DNA of 64,000 nucleotides from an uncultured bacterium (GCA_964644695.1 CAZXWN010000001.1:368869-432868); one strand, 5' to 3'; positions 51,653 to 61,904 are shown, counted from the first letter of the stretch. Notes: a model not told the origin generated them from the sequence alone. A program made the numbers and translations.

Positions 51653-52408
51653 ATGCAAACTCAAATTACAACAGAAGATTTAATCCAGTACACACTGTCT
51701 GCCCGAGGGTTACAGAAATCATACCGAGGACGGAAGGTCGTTGATGGGGTTTCAATTGATGTCACTCCTGGTAAAATTGTCAGCTTACTGGGACCCAATG
51801 GTGCGGGGAAAACGACTTCTTTTCATATGATTATGGGCATTGTTCGTCCTGATGCAGGAGAAGTACGTTTTGGAAACATGGAAATCAGTCGATATCCTTT
51901 ACATCGGCGAGCAAGGATTGGTATTGGATTCCTCTCACAAGAACCATCAATATTCCGAAAATTAACGGTCTGGGAAAATATTGAGTCGATTCTGGAATTC
52001 ACAGATTTATCAAAGACAGAAAGAGAAGAACGGGTGGAGGAGATGTTAGAGGAATTTAAAATTCGCCACCTGTACCAGCAAAAAGCCTATACTCTATCCG
52101 GAGGTGAAAGACGGCGATTAGAAATCGCTCGCGCCCTGTCTACAGGGCCCAGGATTTTAATGCTGGATGAACCTTTTTCCGGCATTGATCCCAAATCGGT
52201 CCAAGAAATTCAGGAAATCATCAGTCAATTACGGGATAAAGGGATTGGTTTTCTGATAACGGACCATAATGTACGGGAGACTCTTGAAGTCTCTGATTTT
52301 GCATATATAATTGGACAAGGGAGGATACTGCGTTCAGGATTACCAAATGATTTGGTAAATGATGAATTAGTTCGTTCTGTATATCTAGGCGAAAACTTTT
52401 CCATGTAA
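51653..52408 (+). CDS. lptB: LPS export ABC ATPase
   Basis: GPNGAGKTT, QEPSIFRKL, LSGGERRRLEIAR, DEPF, TDHNVRETL. Confidence 0.92.
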   Translation: MQTQITTEDLIQYTLSARGLQKSYRGRKVVDGVSIDVTPGKIVSLLGPNGAGKTTSFHMIMGIVRPDAGEVRFGNMEISRYPLHRRARIGIGFLSQEPSIFRKLTVWENIESILEFTDLSKTEREERVEEMLEEFKIRHLYQQKAYTLSGGERRRLEIARALSTGPRILMLDEPFSGIDPKSVQEIQEIISQLRDKGIGFLITDHNVRETLEVSDFAYIIGQGRILRSGLPNDLVNDELVRSVYLGENFSM

Positions 52409-52428
52409 TTCGCACAAGGAGGATTTTT

Positions 52429-53019
52429 ATGGCCACCAAAAAACGCGAAGCAACAATGGCAATTACCATCACCGGTCGACATTTGGAAATAAGCGATTCG
52501 ATTCGTGAGTATGTGGAAAAAAAGATTGGGGGACTCCATAAGTATTTCCTACGAAATATGGATGCCCATGCAGCGGTCTCGGTTGAAAAACGACGATTTA
52601 AGATTGATGTTTTAATTAACACAAAACATGAAAAAATCACTGGAACCAGTACTTCTTCGGATCTTTATACTGCTATTGATGAAGTAGTTGAAAAACTTGA
52701 AAAACAGTTACGGCGACAGAAAGAAAAGATTCTTGACCGTAAACGACGGTCAGCAAAAGAAAAAGAAGCTGAAAAAGCAAAAGCCCTGCCTTTAAATGAA
52801 GATATCCTTGATGAGGATGATCTTTTTGAACCAAGTGAAACTGCGGAAATTGTTAAGTTCGAAAAAATAAAAGGGAAACCCATGTCTCCCGAAGAAGCCG
52901 TGATGCAAATGAATGTTAAAAACCAGGATTTTATGGTTTTCATTAATTCAGGTTCAGACGAATTAAATATCCTTTATCGTTTGCCTGGCGGCAACTATTC
53001 ACTTATAACCAGAGGATAA
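52429..53019 (+). CDS. hpf: Long-form ribosome hibernation promoting factor
   Basis: ITITGRHLE, DLYTAIDEVVEKLEKQLRR, PMSPEEAVMQM. Confidence 0.92.
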   Translation: MATKKREATMAITITGRHLEISDSIREYVEKKIGGLHKYFLRNMDAHAAVSVEKRRFKIDVLINTKHEKITGTSTSSDLYTAIDEVVEKLEKQLRRQKEKILDRKRRSAKEKEAEKAKALPLNEDILDEDDLFEPSETAEIVKFEKIKGKPMSPEEAVMQMNVKNQDFMVFINSGSDELNILYRLPGGNYSLITRG

Positions 53020-53020
53020 A

Positions 53021-53971
53021 TTGCTGATGGCCTCATTGACTGTCAAATTAATGTTCGAGGAAGAAGGACGAGAGCTTCAATTACAAATGGTAGCCGGTGA
53101 GGCCGGACTCAATAAACGGATTTTTGTTTCCGATTTACATCGTCCGGGACTGGCTTTGAGTGGTTTTTGTGAGTTATTCCCTTTTGAAAGAATTCAAATA
53201 TTAGGGAATACCGAATTAACCTTCATGGAAACAGTCCCGGATGGTAGTCGGAAAGCCCATTATGAACAAATCATCTCAGATGATACCCCCTGCATAATCG
53301 TTACCGGTGATAATCCCCCTCCAGTTGAATTGATTGATGTAGGTAATAGCCACGGAATTTGTATCTTCAAAAGTTACGTTCCAACGACAAGGTTTGTCAG
53401 TTTACTATCAAACTACCTGGAGACCAAATTCGCCCCGCATACATCAATCCATGGCGTTTTAGTGGATATCTATGGGGTAGGCAGCTTGATTTTGGGTAAC
53501 AGTGGAGTAGGGAAAAGCGAATCAGCTTTAGAGCTGGTTCATCGTGGACACCGATTGGTGGCTGATGATGTCGTTCTAATTGACCGAATTGCCGGGAATG
53601 TCTTAATGGGATATGGCGATGAACGCATTAAGTACATGATGGAAATCCGTGGATTGGGTATTATAAATATTCGTGATCTCTTTGGAATCAGTGCGGTCAG
53701 AACACGTAAACGAGTATCTCTGGTATTTCGACTAGAACGATGGGATGAAAATAAAGAATACGACAGAACGGGACTGGAAGAACAACAATGCGAAATATTG
53801 GGTGTATCTTTGCCAGAATTAACAATTCCTGTTCAGCCTGGGCGAAATACTTCTATTCTGATTGAGGTTGGTGCAATGGATCAACGCCTCAAACGGATGG
53901 GATATAATGCCGCGAGAGATTTGGATAATATGTTAATTGAAAATATGACCAAACATCGCAGCGAAATTTAA
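53021..53971 (+). CDS. hprK: HPr kinase/phosphorylase
   Basis: HGVLVDIYG, GNSGVGKSE, HRLVADD, EIRGLGII, PVQPGRN. Confidence 0.95.
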   Translation: MLMASLTVKLMFEEEGRELQLQMVAGEAGLNKRIFVSDLHRPGLALSGFCELFPFERIQILGNTELTFMETVPDGSRKAHYEQIISDDTPCIIVTGDNPPPVELIDVGNSHGICIFKSYVPTTRFVSLLSNYLETKFAPHTSIHGVLVDIYGVGSLILGNSGVGKSESALELVHRGHRLVADDVVLIDRIAGNVLMGYGDERIKYMMEIRGLGIINIRDLFGISAVRTRKRVSLVFRLERWDENKEYDRTGLEEQQCEILGVSLPELTIPVQPGRNTSILIEVGAMDQRLKRMGYNAARDLDNMLIENMTKHRSEI

Positions 53972-53995
53972 CCGTTTAATTACTTTTTGATAATC

Positions 53996-54037
53996 AAACC
54001 ACCATCGAACGAGATTCATCTTGTTCGATGGTGGTTT
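53996..54037. repeat. REP-like palindrome, copy 4 (probable terminator between convergent genes)
   Basis: aaaccaccatcgaacgagat-tc-atcttgttcgatggtggttt plus T tract. Confidence 0.85.
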
Positions 54038-54085
54038 TTATTTGATTTATTTATCTAACATATTAAATATCAATAAATTAAGTAG

Positions 54086-55120
54086 TTAAAAGGTCGAAGA
54101 TGTTTCTGACGAGACATTTTTTTGCGTTGTCATCCGTTTATACTGCGCAACAACCTGGTTATGTTGACTGTAGGTATAACTAAAAACATGATGACCGTTT
54201 CCTGTCGCCATGAAGAAAAGATACTGGGACTTATCAGGGTTTAATGCTGCTGCTATAGCTGCCTTACCCGGATTACACACAGGTCCTTCCGGTAATCCCA
54301 GTTTGGTATAAGTGTTATAGGGTGAATCCGTTTTGATTTGGTCCATGGTAATTTCCTGACCGGGAGGCAGGGTATATCTCAATGTAGCTTCCGACTGCAA
54401 AGGCATTCGTTTTCTTAATCGGTTGTGGAAAACACTGGAAATTTTCGGCATCTCTGCATCAGAAGCCGCTTCTTTCTGAATAATAGATGCCAAAATAACG
54501 ATTTGATCCAAGGATAATTTCGTACGAGAAGAGTATTGCGAATAAAGAGGCAAAACAACTTCCTCAAAACGACGATTCATTAAATCTATTAAACGGGACG
54601 GATAGGTACTAAAAGATACATGATAGGTATCAGGAAATAGATATCCTTCTGAATTGCTCCTGATGTGACCAAACAATTGGGAGGTCGTATTATTGGATAA
54701 GGAGTTCATAAAACGCTCTTCAGTGGATAATCCTTTATCCGAAATAAGTTTGGAAATTTGATTTACAGTAAATCCTTCTGGAATGGTCAATATGATATCA
54801 GTACTCATGCCCCCATTTTTAATGGCTTCAACAATTTGTATCATATTCATTTGTTTACTGAGTTTGTACTGTCCTGCTTTTAGATGAGGGCGGGCACCAG
54901 AAAAACGGGTATAAATATAAAAAACAAAAGGACTTCGTATTAAGCCCTCATGTTCCAACAAAACTCCGATTGCATGAGAAGATGTTCCGGGGGTTATAAC
55001 AACTATTTTATCAACTCGATGGTTTTCCATTGGTTTGGTAATACACCAAACCAAATAAAAACTTAAGGTAAATATTGCTGCAGCAAGTATGATAAAAAAG
55101 GTTTTCCGATTAAAAAACAC
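54086..55120 (-). CDS. mltG: Endolytic transglycosylase
   Basis: TIPEG, EGYLFPDTY, LASIIQKE, SPYNTY, GLPEGP. Confidence 0.93.
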   Translation of the reverse strand: MFFNRKTFFIILAAAIFTLSFYLVWCITKPMENHRVDKIVVITPGTSSHAIGVLLEHEGLIRSPFVFYIYTRFSGARPHLKAGQYKLSKQMNMIQIVEAIKNGGMSTDIILTIPEGFTVNQISKLISDKGLSTEERFMNSLSNNTTSQLFGHIRSNSEGYLFPDTYHVSFSTYPSRLIDLMNRRFEEVVLPLYSQYSSRTKLSLDQIVILASIIQKEAASDAEMPKISSVFHNRLRKRMPLQSEATLRYTLPPGQEITMDQIKTDSPYNTYTKLGLPEGPVCNPGKAAIAAALNPDKSQYLFFMATGNGHHVFSYTYSQHNQVVAQYKRMTTQKNVSSETSSTF

Positions 55121-55145
55121 AAAAACTCCTGGTAAAAACGGTCGG

Positions 55146-55568
55146 TCAAAATTGTTTTTGATTCATATGACGCAAATAGCCATCAAGAATCAGGCAGGCC
55201 GCTAACTTGTCAATCACCTGTTTTCTTTTATTTCTCCGAACATCCGCAGAAATCAATACGGACTCGCCTTCTTTAGTCGTCAGCCATTCATTCCATAAGT
55301 CAACGGGAATTGTTGTTTTTTCCTTCAACATATCAATAAAATGAAGGGTTTTATCAGCTTGTACTTTCAATGACCCATCCAAGCTGCGAGGTAAACCTGC
55401 AACAATAAGCCGCACCTGATGTTCTTTTGCCTGGTCAAGAATAATACTGATATCTTTTTGGATATTAGAACGATGTATCACGGTCAGAGGGAAAGATATT
55501 TTTTCTTCCGCGTCTGTTATAGCAACACCTATTCGTTTATCTCCAATATCCAAGGCAAGAAGACACAT
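55146..55568 (-). CDS. yqgF: YqgF/RuvX-family nuclease
   Basis: LALDIGDKRIGVA, GLP, IDKLAACLIL; alaS-yqgF-mltG synteny. Confidence 0.9.
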   Translation of the reverse strand: MCLLALDIGDKRIGVAITDAEEKISFPLTVIHRSNIQKDISIILDQAKEHQVRLIVAGLPRSLDGSLKVQADKTLHFIDMLKEKTTIPVDLWNEWLTTKEGESVLISADVRRNKRKQVIDKLAACLILDGYLRHMNQKQF

Positions 55569-55571
55569 AAA

Positions 55572-58202
55572 TTATGAAAGAAATCCTTCCACAATAGACG
55601 GCGCTTTCTCTAAAGCAGCGGCTAATTGCGAAGGCTCTTTACCACCCGCCTGCGCTAAATCTGGGCGACCGCCACCGCCACCACCAACCAGTTTGGCTAA
55701 AGCTCCGACAATCTTCCCGGCCTGAACTTTTTTAGTTAAATCAGGTGTGACAAAAGTAACTAGATTGACTTTATCTTCTGTTGAAGTAGCCAGAATCAAA
55801 ATAGTATTACTTAATTGGGGTTTCAGCGTATCTACGATAGTCAATAAGGCTTTTGGATCTGAATCGGGTATGTTTTGAACGATCAGTTTCATACCCTTCA
55901 CATCAATCGAATTAGCCTGCATTTGATTCACCTGACCTAATCCTAATTCCTTTTTCAAGTGATTAACTTGATGCGACAATTCTTTGTTTTCTTCATATAA
56001 TTTACTGATTCGTGAAGGTAATCCTTGAATTTCAACCTTTAGTAAATCAGACGATTGTTCCAAAATAGTTTTCCATTCATGAACACGAGAGTAGGCACCT
56101 CTCCCGGTAACAGCTTCAATTCGACGAATACCTGAACCAATTGAACCGGCACTAATGATAAGGAATAAACCAATATCTCCCGTTGTCTGAAGATGTGTTC
56201 CACCACAAAGTTCCATATCAAAATCTTTCACATCAACAACTCGGACCATTTCGCCATACTTTTCACCAAAGAAAGCTAACGCCCCCATTTCACGGGCTTT
56301 ATTAATATCCGTTTCGATGGTTTGCACGGGAATATTTTCTTGAATTCTATTGTTTATCATATCCTCAATCTGGCTCAATTCCTCTGTTGTAACTGCCTGG
56401 AAGTGAGTAAAATCAAATCGTAATCTGTCTGGGGCAACTAAAGAACCCGCCTGTTCGACATGCTCTCCAAGAACCTTACGGAGGGCAGCCATCAGCAAGT
56501 GTGTTGCAGTATGATTACGAGCTGTATCATGTCTCAGATTTGAATCTACTGTTAACTGAACAGAATCCTCTTTTTTAAACTGTCCATGAATAACTTTGCC
56601 AAAATGAACAGTGGAACCTTGGACATATCGACGGGTATCGGTAACTTCAATGATTGAGGAACCTTTTGATATTTTCCCCTTATCACCTACCTGTCCACCA
56701 GATTCAGCATAAAAACAAGTTTCATTCGTAACAATGGATATTTCATCCCCCTCAGATACACTATCAACTAATAGACCGTTTTTGACCAATGCTACGACTT
56801 GACCTTCATTATTTGTTTTTTCATAACCAACGAATTTAGTATCACCCGATTGCCGATGAATATCTTTATATACTTCAGCTTGTTTTTGTTCTCCAGAGCC
56901 AGACCATGCCGCACGAGACCTCTCTTGTTGGTGCTGAATTTCCTTTTGGTACTCTTCAGCGCTGTAAGTCATACCACTTTCTTCTAAGATATCTCTCGTT
57001 AAGTCTGCAGGAAAACCGTAGGTGTCATAGAGTTTAAACACTGTATCCGCAGGTATCACTGTCTTATTATCTGATTTTGCTTTTTCAATAGCATCTGATA
57101 ACAGTGAAAGACCACTGTCTAAAGTTGTTTCAAACCGGTTTTCTTCCGCCAAAATGGTGCTGATAATGTGCTGTTTTTTCTCTCGAATTTCTGGATACAC
57201 ATCACCCATTTTTTCAATAACGACGTTTGCAGCATCATTCAAGAAGGGCTTTTGAATTCCAAGTATTTTTCCATAACGATATGCACGTCTTAAAATTCGA
57301 CGCAGAACATAGCCTCGTCCCTCATTGCTGGGCAAAACTCCATCAGCAAAACAAAAGGTTAAGGCACGGCTATGGTCAGCAATAACGCGATAGGCTGTTG
57401 TTGACTGCTTATTGGCGCCATATTTTACTGAAGTAAGTGAACTCGTAAAATCAATGATGGGCATTAATAAATCGGTTTCGAAATTGCTGGGTGTTTTTTG
57501 CAGTATTGCCGATACCCGCTCCAAACCAGCACCGGTATCAATATTTTTCCGAGGTAGGGGAAGAAGGCTTCCATCGGCCTGTCGATCATATTGTGTGAAA
57601 ACCAAGTTCCATATTTCAAGATAACGGTCACAATCACAGCCTGGGGCACACGTCGGTTTACCACAAGAGAAAGATTCACCTTGATCCACTAATATTTCGG
57701 AACAGGGACCACAGGGACCGGTATCTCCCATTGTCCAGAAATTTGAATCAGCACCCAATCTGATAATTCTACTTTCCTTCACACCGGCTTCTTCAACCCA
57801 ATACTTTAAAGCCTCATCATCATCGTTATAAATGGTTACCCATAATTTATCTTCTGGAAGACCAAGTTCCTCGCGGATAAATCCCCAAGCCCAGCGTATA
57901 GCATCCTGTTTGAAATAATCACCAAAAGAAAAGTTACCTAACATCTCAAAGAAGGTATGATGTCTGGCTGTCATCCCAACATTTTCAATGTCATTAGTGC
58001 GAAGACATTTCTGACATGAAGTGGCACGGGTATAATCGAGTTTTATGCGCTGTAAGAAATGGTCTTTAAACTGAACCATTCCAGCACTTGTAAATAATAA
58101 TGTCGGATCATTTTTAGGTACAAGACTATCACTGGTAACAATAGTGTGTCCTTGTTTTTGAAAGTAATTTAAATATCGTGAACGTATTTCATTAGATTGC
58201 AT
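55572..58202 (-). CDS. alaS: Alanine--tRNA ligase
   Basis: HHTFFEMLGNFSFGDYFK, NHTATHL, ELCGGTH, GGGGGRP. Confidence 0.98.
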   Translation of the reverse strand: MQSNEIRSRYLNYFQKQGHTIVTSDSLVPKNDPTLLFTSAGMVQFKDHFLQRIKLDYTRATSCQKCLRTNDIENVGMTARHHTFFEMLGNFSFGDYFKQDAIRWAWGFIREELGLPEDKLWVTIYNDDDEALKYWVEEAGVKESRIIRLGADSNFWTMGDTGPCGPCSEILVDQGESFSCGKPTCAPGCDCDRYLEIWNLVFTQYDRQADGSLLPLPRKNIDTGAGLERVSAILQKTPSNFETDLLMPIIDFTSSLTSVKYGANKQSTTAYRVIADHSRALTFCFADGVLPSNEGRGYVLRRILRRAYRYGKILGIQKPFLNDAANVVIEKMGDVYPEIREKKQHIISTILAEENRFETTLDSGLSLLSDAIEKAKSDNKTVIPADTVFKLYDTYGFPADLTRDILEESGMTYSAEEYQKEIQHQQERSRAAWSGSGEQKQAEVYKDIHRQSGDTKFVGYEKTNNEGQVVALVKNGLLVDSVSEGDEISIVTNETCFYAESGGQVGDKGKISKGSSIIEVTDTRRYVQGSTVHFGKVIHGQFKKEDSVQLTVDSNLRHDTARNHTATHLLMAALRKVLGEHVEQAGSLVAPDRLRFDFTHFQAVTTEELSQIEDMINNRIQENIPVQTIETDINKAREMGALAFFGEKYGEMVRVVDVKDFDMELCGGTHLQTTGDIGLFLIISAGSIGSGIRRIEAVTGRGAYSRVHEWKTILEQSSDLLKVEIQGLPSRISKLYEENKELSHQVNHLKKELGLGQVNQMQANSIDVKGMKLIVQNIPDSDPKALLTIVDTLKPQLSNTILILATSTEDKVNLVTFVTPDLTKKVQAGKIVGALAKLVGGGGGGRPDLAQAGGKEPSQLAAALEKAPSIVEGFLS

Positions 58203-58241
58203 CAGTATGTCCTTCCAAAACGATTATTTAGCAACAAATTA

Positions 58242-59066
58242 TTATTCTAAGGGAATACCTTCCAATAGTTTCTTAGCTTTTTGATAATATTCATGAGCAG
58301 TCGAATCCTGCCCCATGGCCTCAACTGCCTGTCCCTGGTAAGTTAATATTTGCACTTTAAAAGCATCCGGTATTAATACATTAGATTTCATGGCAGCATC
58401 AAATTGATTAAAAGCTTCTTGATGTTTCGCCTTTGTCATTAGACATAGTCCGAGTTGATAATGAGCAATTGCATTATTTGGATTTATTTTAATGGCTTTT
58501 TGCAGATTCACCATGGCTTCCGGAATTTGATTCCGACATCGAAGAGATTCACCTAATCCCGCATAAATACTATCTGAATTATCCTTCTTCTTTATAGCCT
58601 GACGGTATATTGTAATCGCCTTTTCATGTTCCTGCCTAACTCGATAATTATCTCCTAATAAGCGATAAGCAGGCAAAAATGAGGGATCAATTTGTATGGT
58701 TTTACGAAGGGCTTTTTCAACTTTATCCATTTCACTTTGTTTTGAGATATAAACCAAGCCCATACGAAACCACGCTCTGGAATTTTTTGGATTTTTCTTA
58801 ACAGCCTTCTCGAAGGATTCTAATGCTTTGTCAGTAAGGTTTTCACTTATATAAATTAAACCCAGAGAAGAGTATGCTTCTGAGAGGATAGTGGGAGAAT
58901 CGTTTTGTTTATACTTACTAATAGCGTCAATAAGTAACTGTTTTGTATCAGTCGATTTACCTTTTTTCCCTGATTCAACAGCCTTTTGCATTGCATCAGT
59001 AAACGGTGTAGACCAACAAAAAGTTAGTGTTTGAATAATAAGTATGGTTAATATTAAACGATACAT
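58242..59066 (-). CDS. Secreted tetratricopeptide-repeat protein
   Basis: Signal-like N-terminus; repeated AY/AW..LG...A....P units. Confidence 0.85.
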   Translation of the reverse strand: MYRLILTILIIQTLTFCWSTPFTDAMQKAVESGKKGKSTDTKQLLIDAISKYKQNDSPTILSEAYSSLGLIYISENLTDKALESFEKAVKKNPKNSRAWFRMGLVYISKQSEMDKVEKALRKTIQIDPSFLPAYRLLGDNYRVRQEHEKAITIYRQAIKKKDNSDSIYAGLGESLRCRNQIPEAMVNLQKAIKINPNNAIAHYQLGLCLMTKAKHQEAFNQFDAAMKSNVLIPDAFKVQILTYQGQAVEAMGQDSTAHEYYQKAKKLLEGIPLE

Positions 59067-59126
59067 AGTGGTAGGTAATTATAACAAATTGTAGGAGTTA
59101 TACGGAATGGATGGTTTAAAAAGAAG

Positions 59127-59212
59127 TGGTGGGCAGGGAAGGATTCGAACCTTCGAAGGCGATAGCCGTCAGATTTACAGTCTGATCCCTTTGACCGCTC
59201 GGGAACCTACCC
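59127..59212 (-). tRNA. tRNA-Tyr(GUA)
   Basis: gggtagg...cctgccc-a-cca; loop ctgtaaa; long variable arm. Confidence 0.95.
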
Positions 59213-59223
59213 ACATCAAATGC

Positions 59224-59299
59224 TGGAGCTGGCGAAGGGCTTCGAACCCCCGACCTGCTGATTACAAATCAGCTGCTCTACCAACTGAGCTACGCCAGC
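59224..59299 (-). tRNA. tRNA-Thr(UGU)
   Basis: gctggcg...cgccagc-t-cca; loop tttgtaa. Confidence 0.95.
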
Positions 59300-59314
59300 A
59301 ATCAGTTCTATTTA

Positions 59315-59344
59315 ATTCTACTAAATTTGTATAAACTTAAGCAA
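59315..59344 (-). promoter_or_regulatory. Promoter for the tRNA-Thr/Tyr pair
   Basis: Minus strand TTGCTT-18bp-TAGAAT. Confidence 0.5.
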
Positions 59345-59374
59345 GTACTATTTATTTAAAACTCTGGATAACTT

Positions 59375-59959
59375 ATGAATTATAAATATATTGACAAAAT
59401 GAGATACATCATTTTGCCCGGCAAACTTATCCTGACATTACTTATCCTGATATTGTTGTTTCTTCTTTTTGCCATCAGGTGCGGATATCAAGATTCCCCA
59501 GAAAATATGCGCAAAAAGGCTTATTCACTGACAAAGACCTCAATTCCTTCGGGTTATAAAATTACATATGTAACTAATATTCCATTGATGAAAATCCTTG
59601 TACTAGATAACCCTAAGACGCAACAGCGTATTGTTTTTAAAAGAGCTTATTTCAGAAAAGGAAGAAAAGCTGAAGCTTTCAGAAGTAAATATTTTCATTT
59701 GCACAAGCAAATGAAATTGAAACCAAGAACTTTTACTGCCATCAATAATCCCTGGATAGATAAAACTTATCAAATCAAACAACACCCTGCTGTTGATATA
59801 CATTTTCTACACAAAGACAAAAAAATGAAGGGCAGTCTTATGTGTTACTACTGCCCTCAATCAAATTTATTTTTTTATATTGAAAGTAGTGCTCCTCAAG
59901 ATACCTATTCTTCTCGAGAAGTACTTGATTTTGTTACTCAGATTATTACATCAAACTAA
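59375..59959 (+). CDS. Hypothetical basic protein with N-terminal membrane anchor
   Basis: 194-aa ORF filling the gap; one hydrophobic segment; start uncertain. Confidence 0.55.
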   Translation: MNYKYIDKMRYIILPGKLILTLLILILLFLLFAIRCGYQDSPENMRKKAYSLTKTSIPSGYKITYVTNIPLMKILVLDNPKTQQRIVFKRAYFRKGRKAEAFRSKYFHLHKQMKLKPRTFTAINNPWIDKTYQIKQHPAVDIHFLHKDKKMKGSLMCYYCPQSNLFFYIESSAPQDTYSSREVLDFVTQIITSN

Positions 59960-60568
59960 TTACTTCTTAGGTGTTTCAGTCTTGGGTTTTGAAGTATCTT
60001 TTTTACTATTTACTTCCTTTGGTTGTTCTGCTTCGGTAACTGTGACTTTTTTCATAACATCACCAACCCTAATCTTGTTAACTACATCCATACCAGAGAC
60101 AACTTGACCAAATATCGTGTAATTGTTATCAAGACCCGGTTGATCAGCTAAACAAATATAGAACTGGCAGTCTCCACTATTGATATCCATACTTCTTGCC
60201 ATAGCCACTGTACCAGTAATATGCTTGCGTGAATTAAATTCTGCCGGAATTTTTACACCAGTACCACCCACACCATTCCCCAAAGGATCGCCTCCCTGAA
60301 CAACAAAACCAGGAACGACTCTGTGGAATGTTAAATTATTATAAAATCCTTTTTTAATTAATTCAGTGATTCGAGCAACCGTTTTGGGTGCTGATTCAGG
60401 GAACATTTCAAACTTAATTGTACCTTTTGCCATTTCAATAGTAACCATAGGATGACTCGCTTTCTTATTGAGGACTTTTTTTGTAACTGGTGTTTTTTGC
60501 TGAGTTGCACTAATTGCAATAGAAGCAAGTAAAACAGCCGCCAAAACCACTACTATCTTTCTAAACAT
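59960..60568 (-). CDS. Secreted cyclophilin-type peptidyl-prolyl isomerase
   Basis: FHRVVPGFVVQGGDP, VAMAR, QFYI, YTIFGQV. Confidence 0.93.
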   Translation of the reverse strand: MFRKIVVVLAAVLLASIAISATQQKTPVTKKVLNKKASHPMVTIEMAKGTIKFEMFPESAPKTVARITELIKKGFYNNLTFHRVVPGFVVQGGDPLGNGVGGTGVKIPAEFNSRKHITGTVAMARSMDINSGDCQFYICLADQPGLDNNYTIFGQVVSGMDVVNKIRVGDVMKKVTVTEAEQPKEVNSKKDTSKPKTETPKK

Positions 60569-60662
60569 AACTATCTCCTTATAATTTATATTTTAACTTA
60601 TTACTTTACGACAACTTGCGTCTAAGTTAAATTATCAATACATATATTAAAGGTGGTTCCTC

Positions 60663-61904
60663 TTGAAAGAAGACAAAACTCTCTTAAAGCATGGAAGTTT
60701 TTTATTTATTCTTTCATTATCTGCTAATTTTACAAATTATTTCTATCATGTTTTTATGACCCGCCAATTAGGTCCTGATAAATATGGTATTCTTTGCTCG
60801 TTGATAGCAATACTGAATATTCTTGGAGTAGCCCCTGGAGCTATCCAACTGGTTTGTGCACAACGAATCTCAGCATGTTTATTGGAAAACAATATTGAAA
60901 AGGCTAAAAAAATATATATATTTGCTTTCAAGTGGACATTTGCTATTGGATTGAGTGCAACAATCATTTATTTACTTGTAACTCCCTTTTTAAAGGGCTA
61001 CCTTAAAATTAATCAAATCAGTTATCTGTTACTTATTGGGATTCCTTTTTTATTATCGTTTATATACCCCGTTATTACAGGAGGACTGCAAGGCACTAAA
61101 CAATTTATGGGGTTAGGACTTAATTCCTTCTCACTTTCAATAACTCGACTAATATTTGGTGTCGGTTTAGTTTGGGGAGGGTGGAGTGTCCTAGGGGGCT
61201 TATTGTCTTTTCCAGTAAGTATATTATTCGCAATACGGTATGGACTTTATTTAATGAGGCCCTTCCTAAAAAATGATAACTCTTGTACTTCATATAAAAT
61301 AAAATTCACCGATGTCTTTGGCCATATCTTACCGACAATTGCAGGGCTAGCTTTATTTCAACTATTAACTCAAATGGACTTACTAATTGTTAAAAGATAT
61401 TTTCCAGACCATCAAACAGGTTTATATTCTGCGGTTTCAACCTTAGGAAAAGCCTTTCTTACCATTCCAACAGCTTTCACTTTAGTCATGGTACCTCATG
61501 TTTCAGGAAAAGACGTAAATGCTAAAAAGATTTTGGATAAAGCATTATTATATGGATTTTCATTGTGTCTAGTGGGTATATCCTTCTGTATATTGTTCAA
61601 TGGTTTAATACTTCGTATTTTCAGTGGACCTAAATACACAAGCATAAGTTATTTATTACAGTTATTCCCAATAGCCATAACTCCACTGGCTTTGTGTGCT
61701 ATTTTGTTAAACTTTCAATTAGCTCGTTCAAAAATTAAATTCATATTCTTGTTTACTGTTGTAACAATACTACAATGGTTTTTATTAGAACGATTCCATC
61801 AATCATTCACGCAGATATTGGCGATTTTACTGTCTTGTGGAATGATTTTATTTATACTTAATTATATTTTAATAACATATGAAAGCAGAACCATACATGA
61901 CTGA
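60663..61904 (+). CDS. Wzx-like oligosaccharide flippase
   Basis: About 12 TM; RQLGPDKYG, GLYSA. Confidence 0.8.
   Translation: MKEDKTLLKHGSFLFILSLSANFTNYFYHVFMTRQLGPDKYGILCSLIAILNILGVAPGAIQLVCAQRISACLLENNIEKAKKIYIFAFKWTFAIGLSATIIYLLVTPFLKGYLKINQISYLLLIGIPFLLSFIYPVITGGLQGTKQFMGLGLNSFSLSITRLIFGVGLVWGGWSVLGGLLSFPVSILFAIRYGLYLMRPFLKNDNSCTSYKIKFTDVFGHILPTIAGLALFQLLTQMDLLIVKRYFPDHQTGLYSAVSTLGKAFLTIPTAFTLVMVPHVSGKDVNAKKILDKALLYGFSLCLVGISFCILFNGLILRIFSGPKYTSISYLLQLFPIAITPLALCAILLNFQLARSKIKFIFLFTVVTILQWFLLERFHQSFTQILAILLSCGMILFILNYILITYESRTIHD

Noticed and set aside
15104-54037. Palindromic repeats as a CRISPR array
   Set aside because: Copies are 10-15 kb apart and single, with no spacers or cas genes.
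59107-59334. ORFs 59107-59334 and 29641-29868
   Set aside because: Translations running across tRNA genes.
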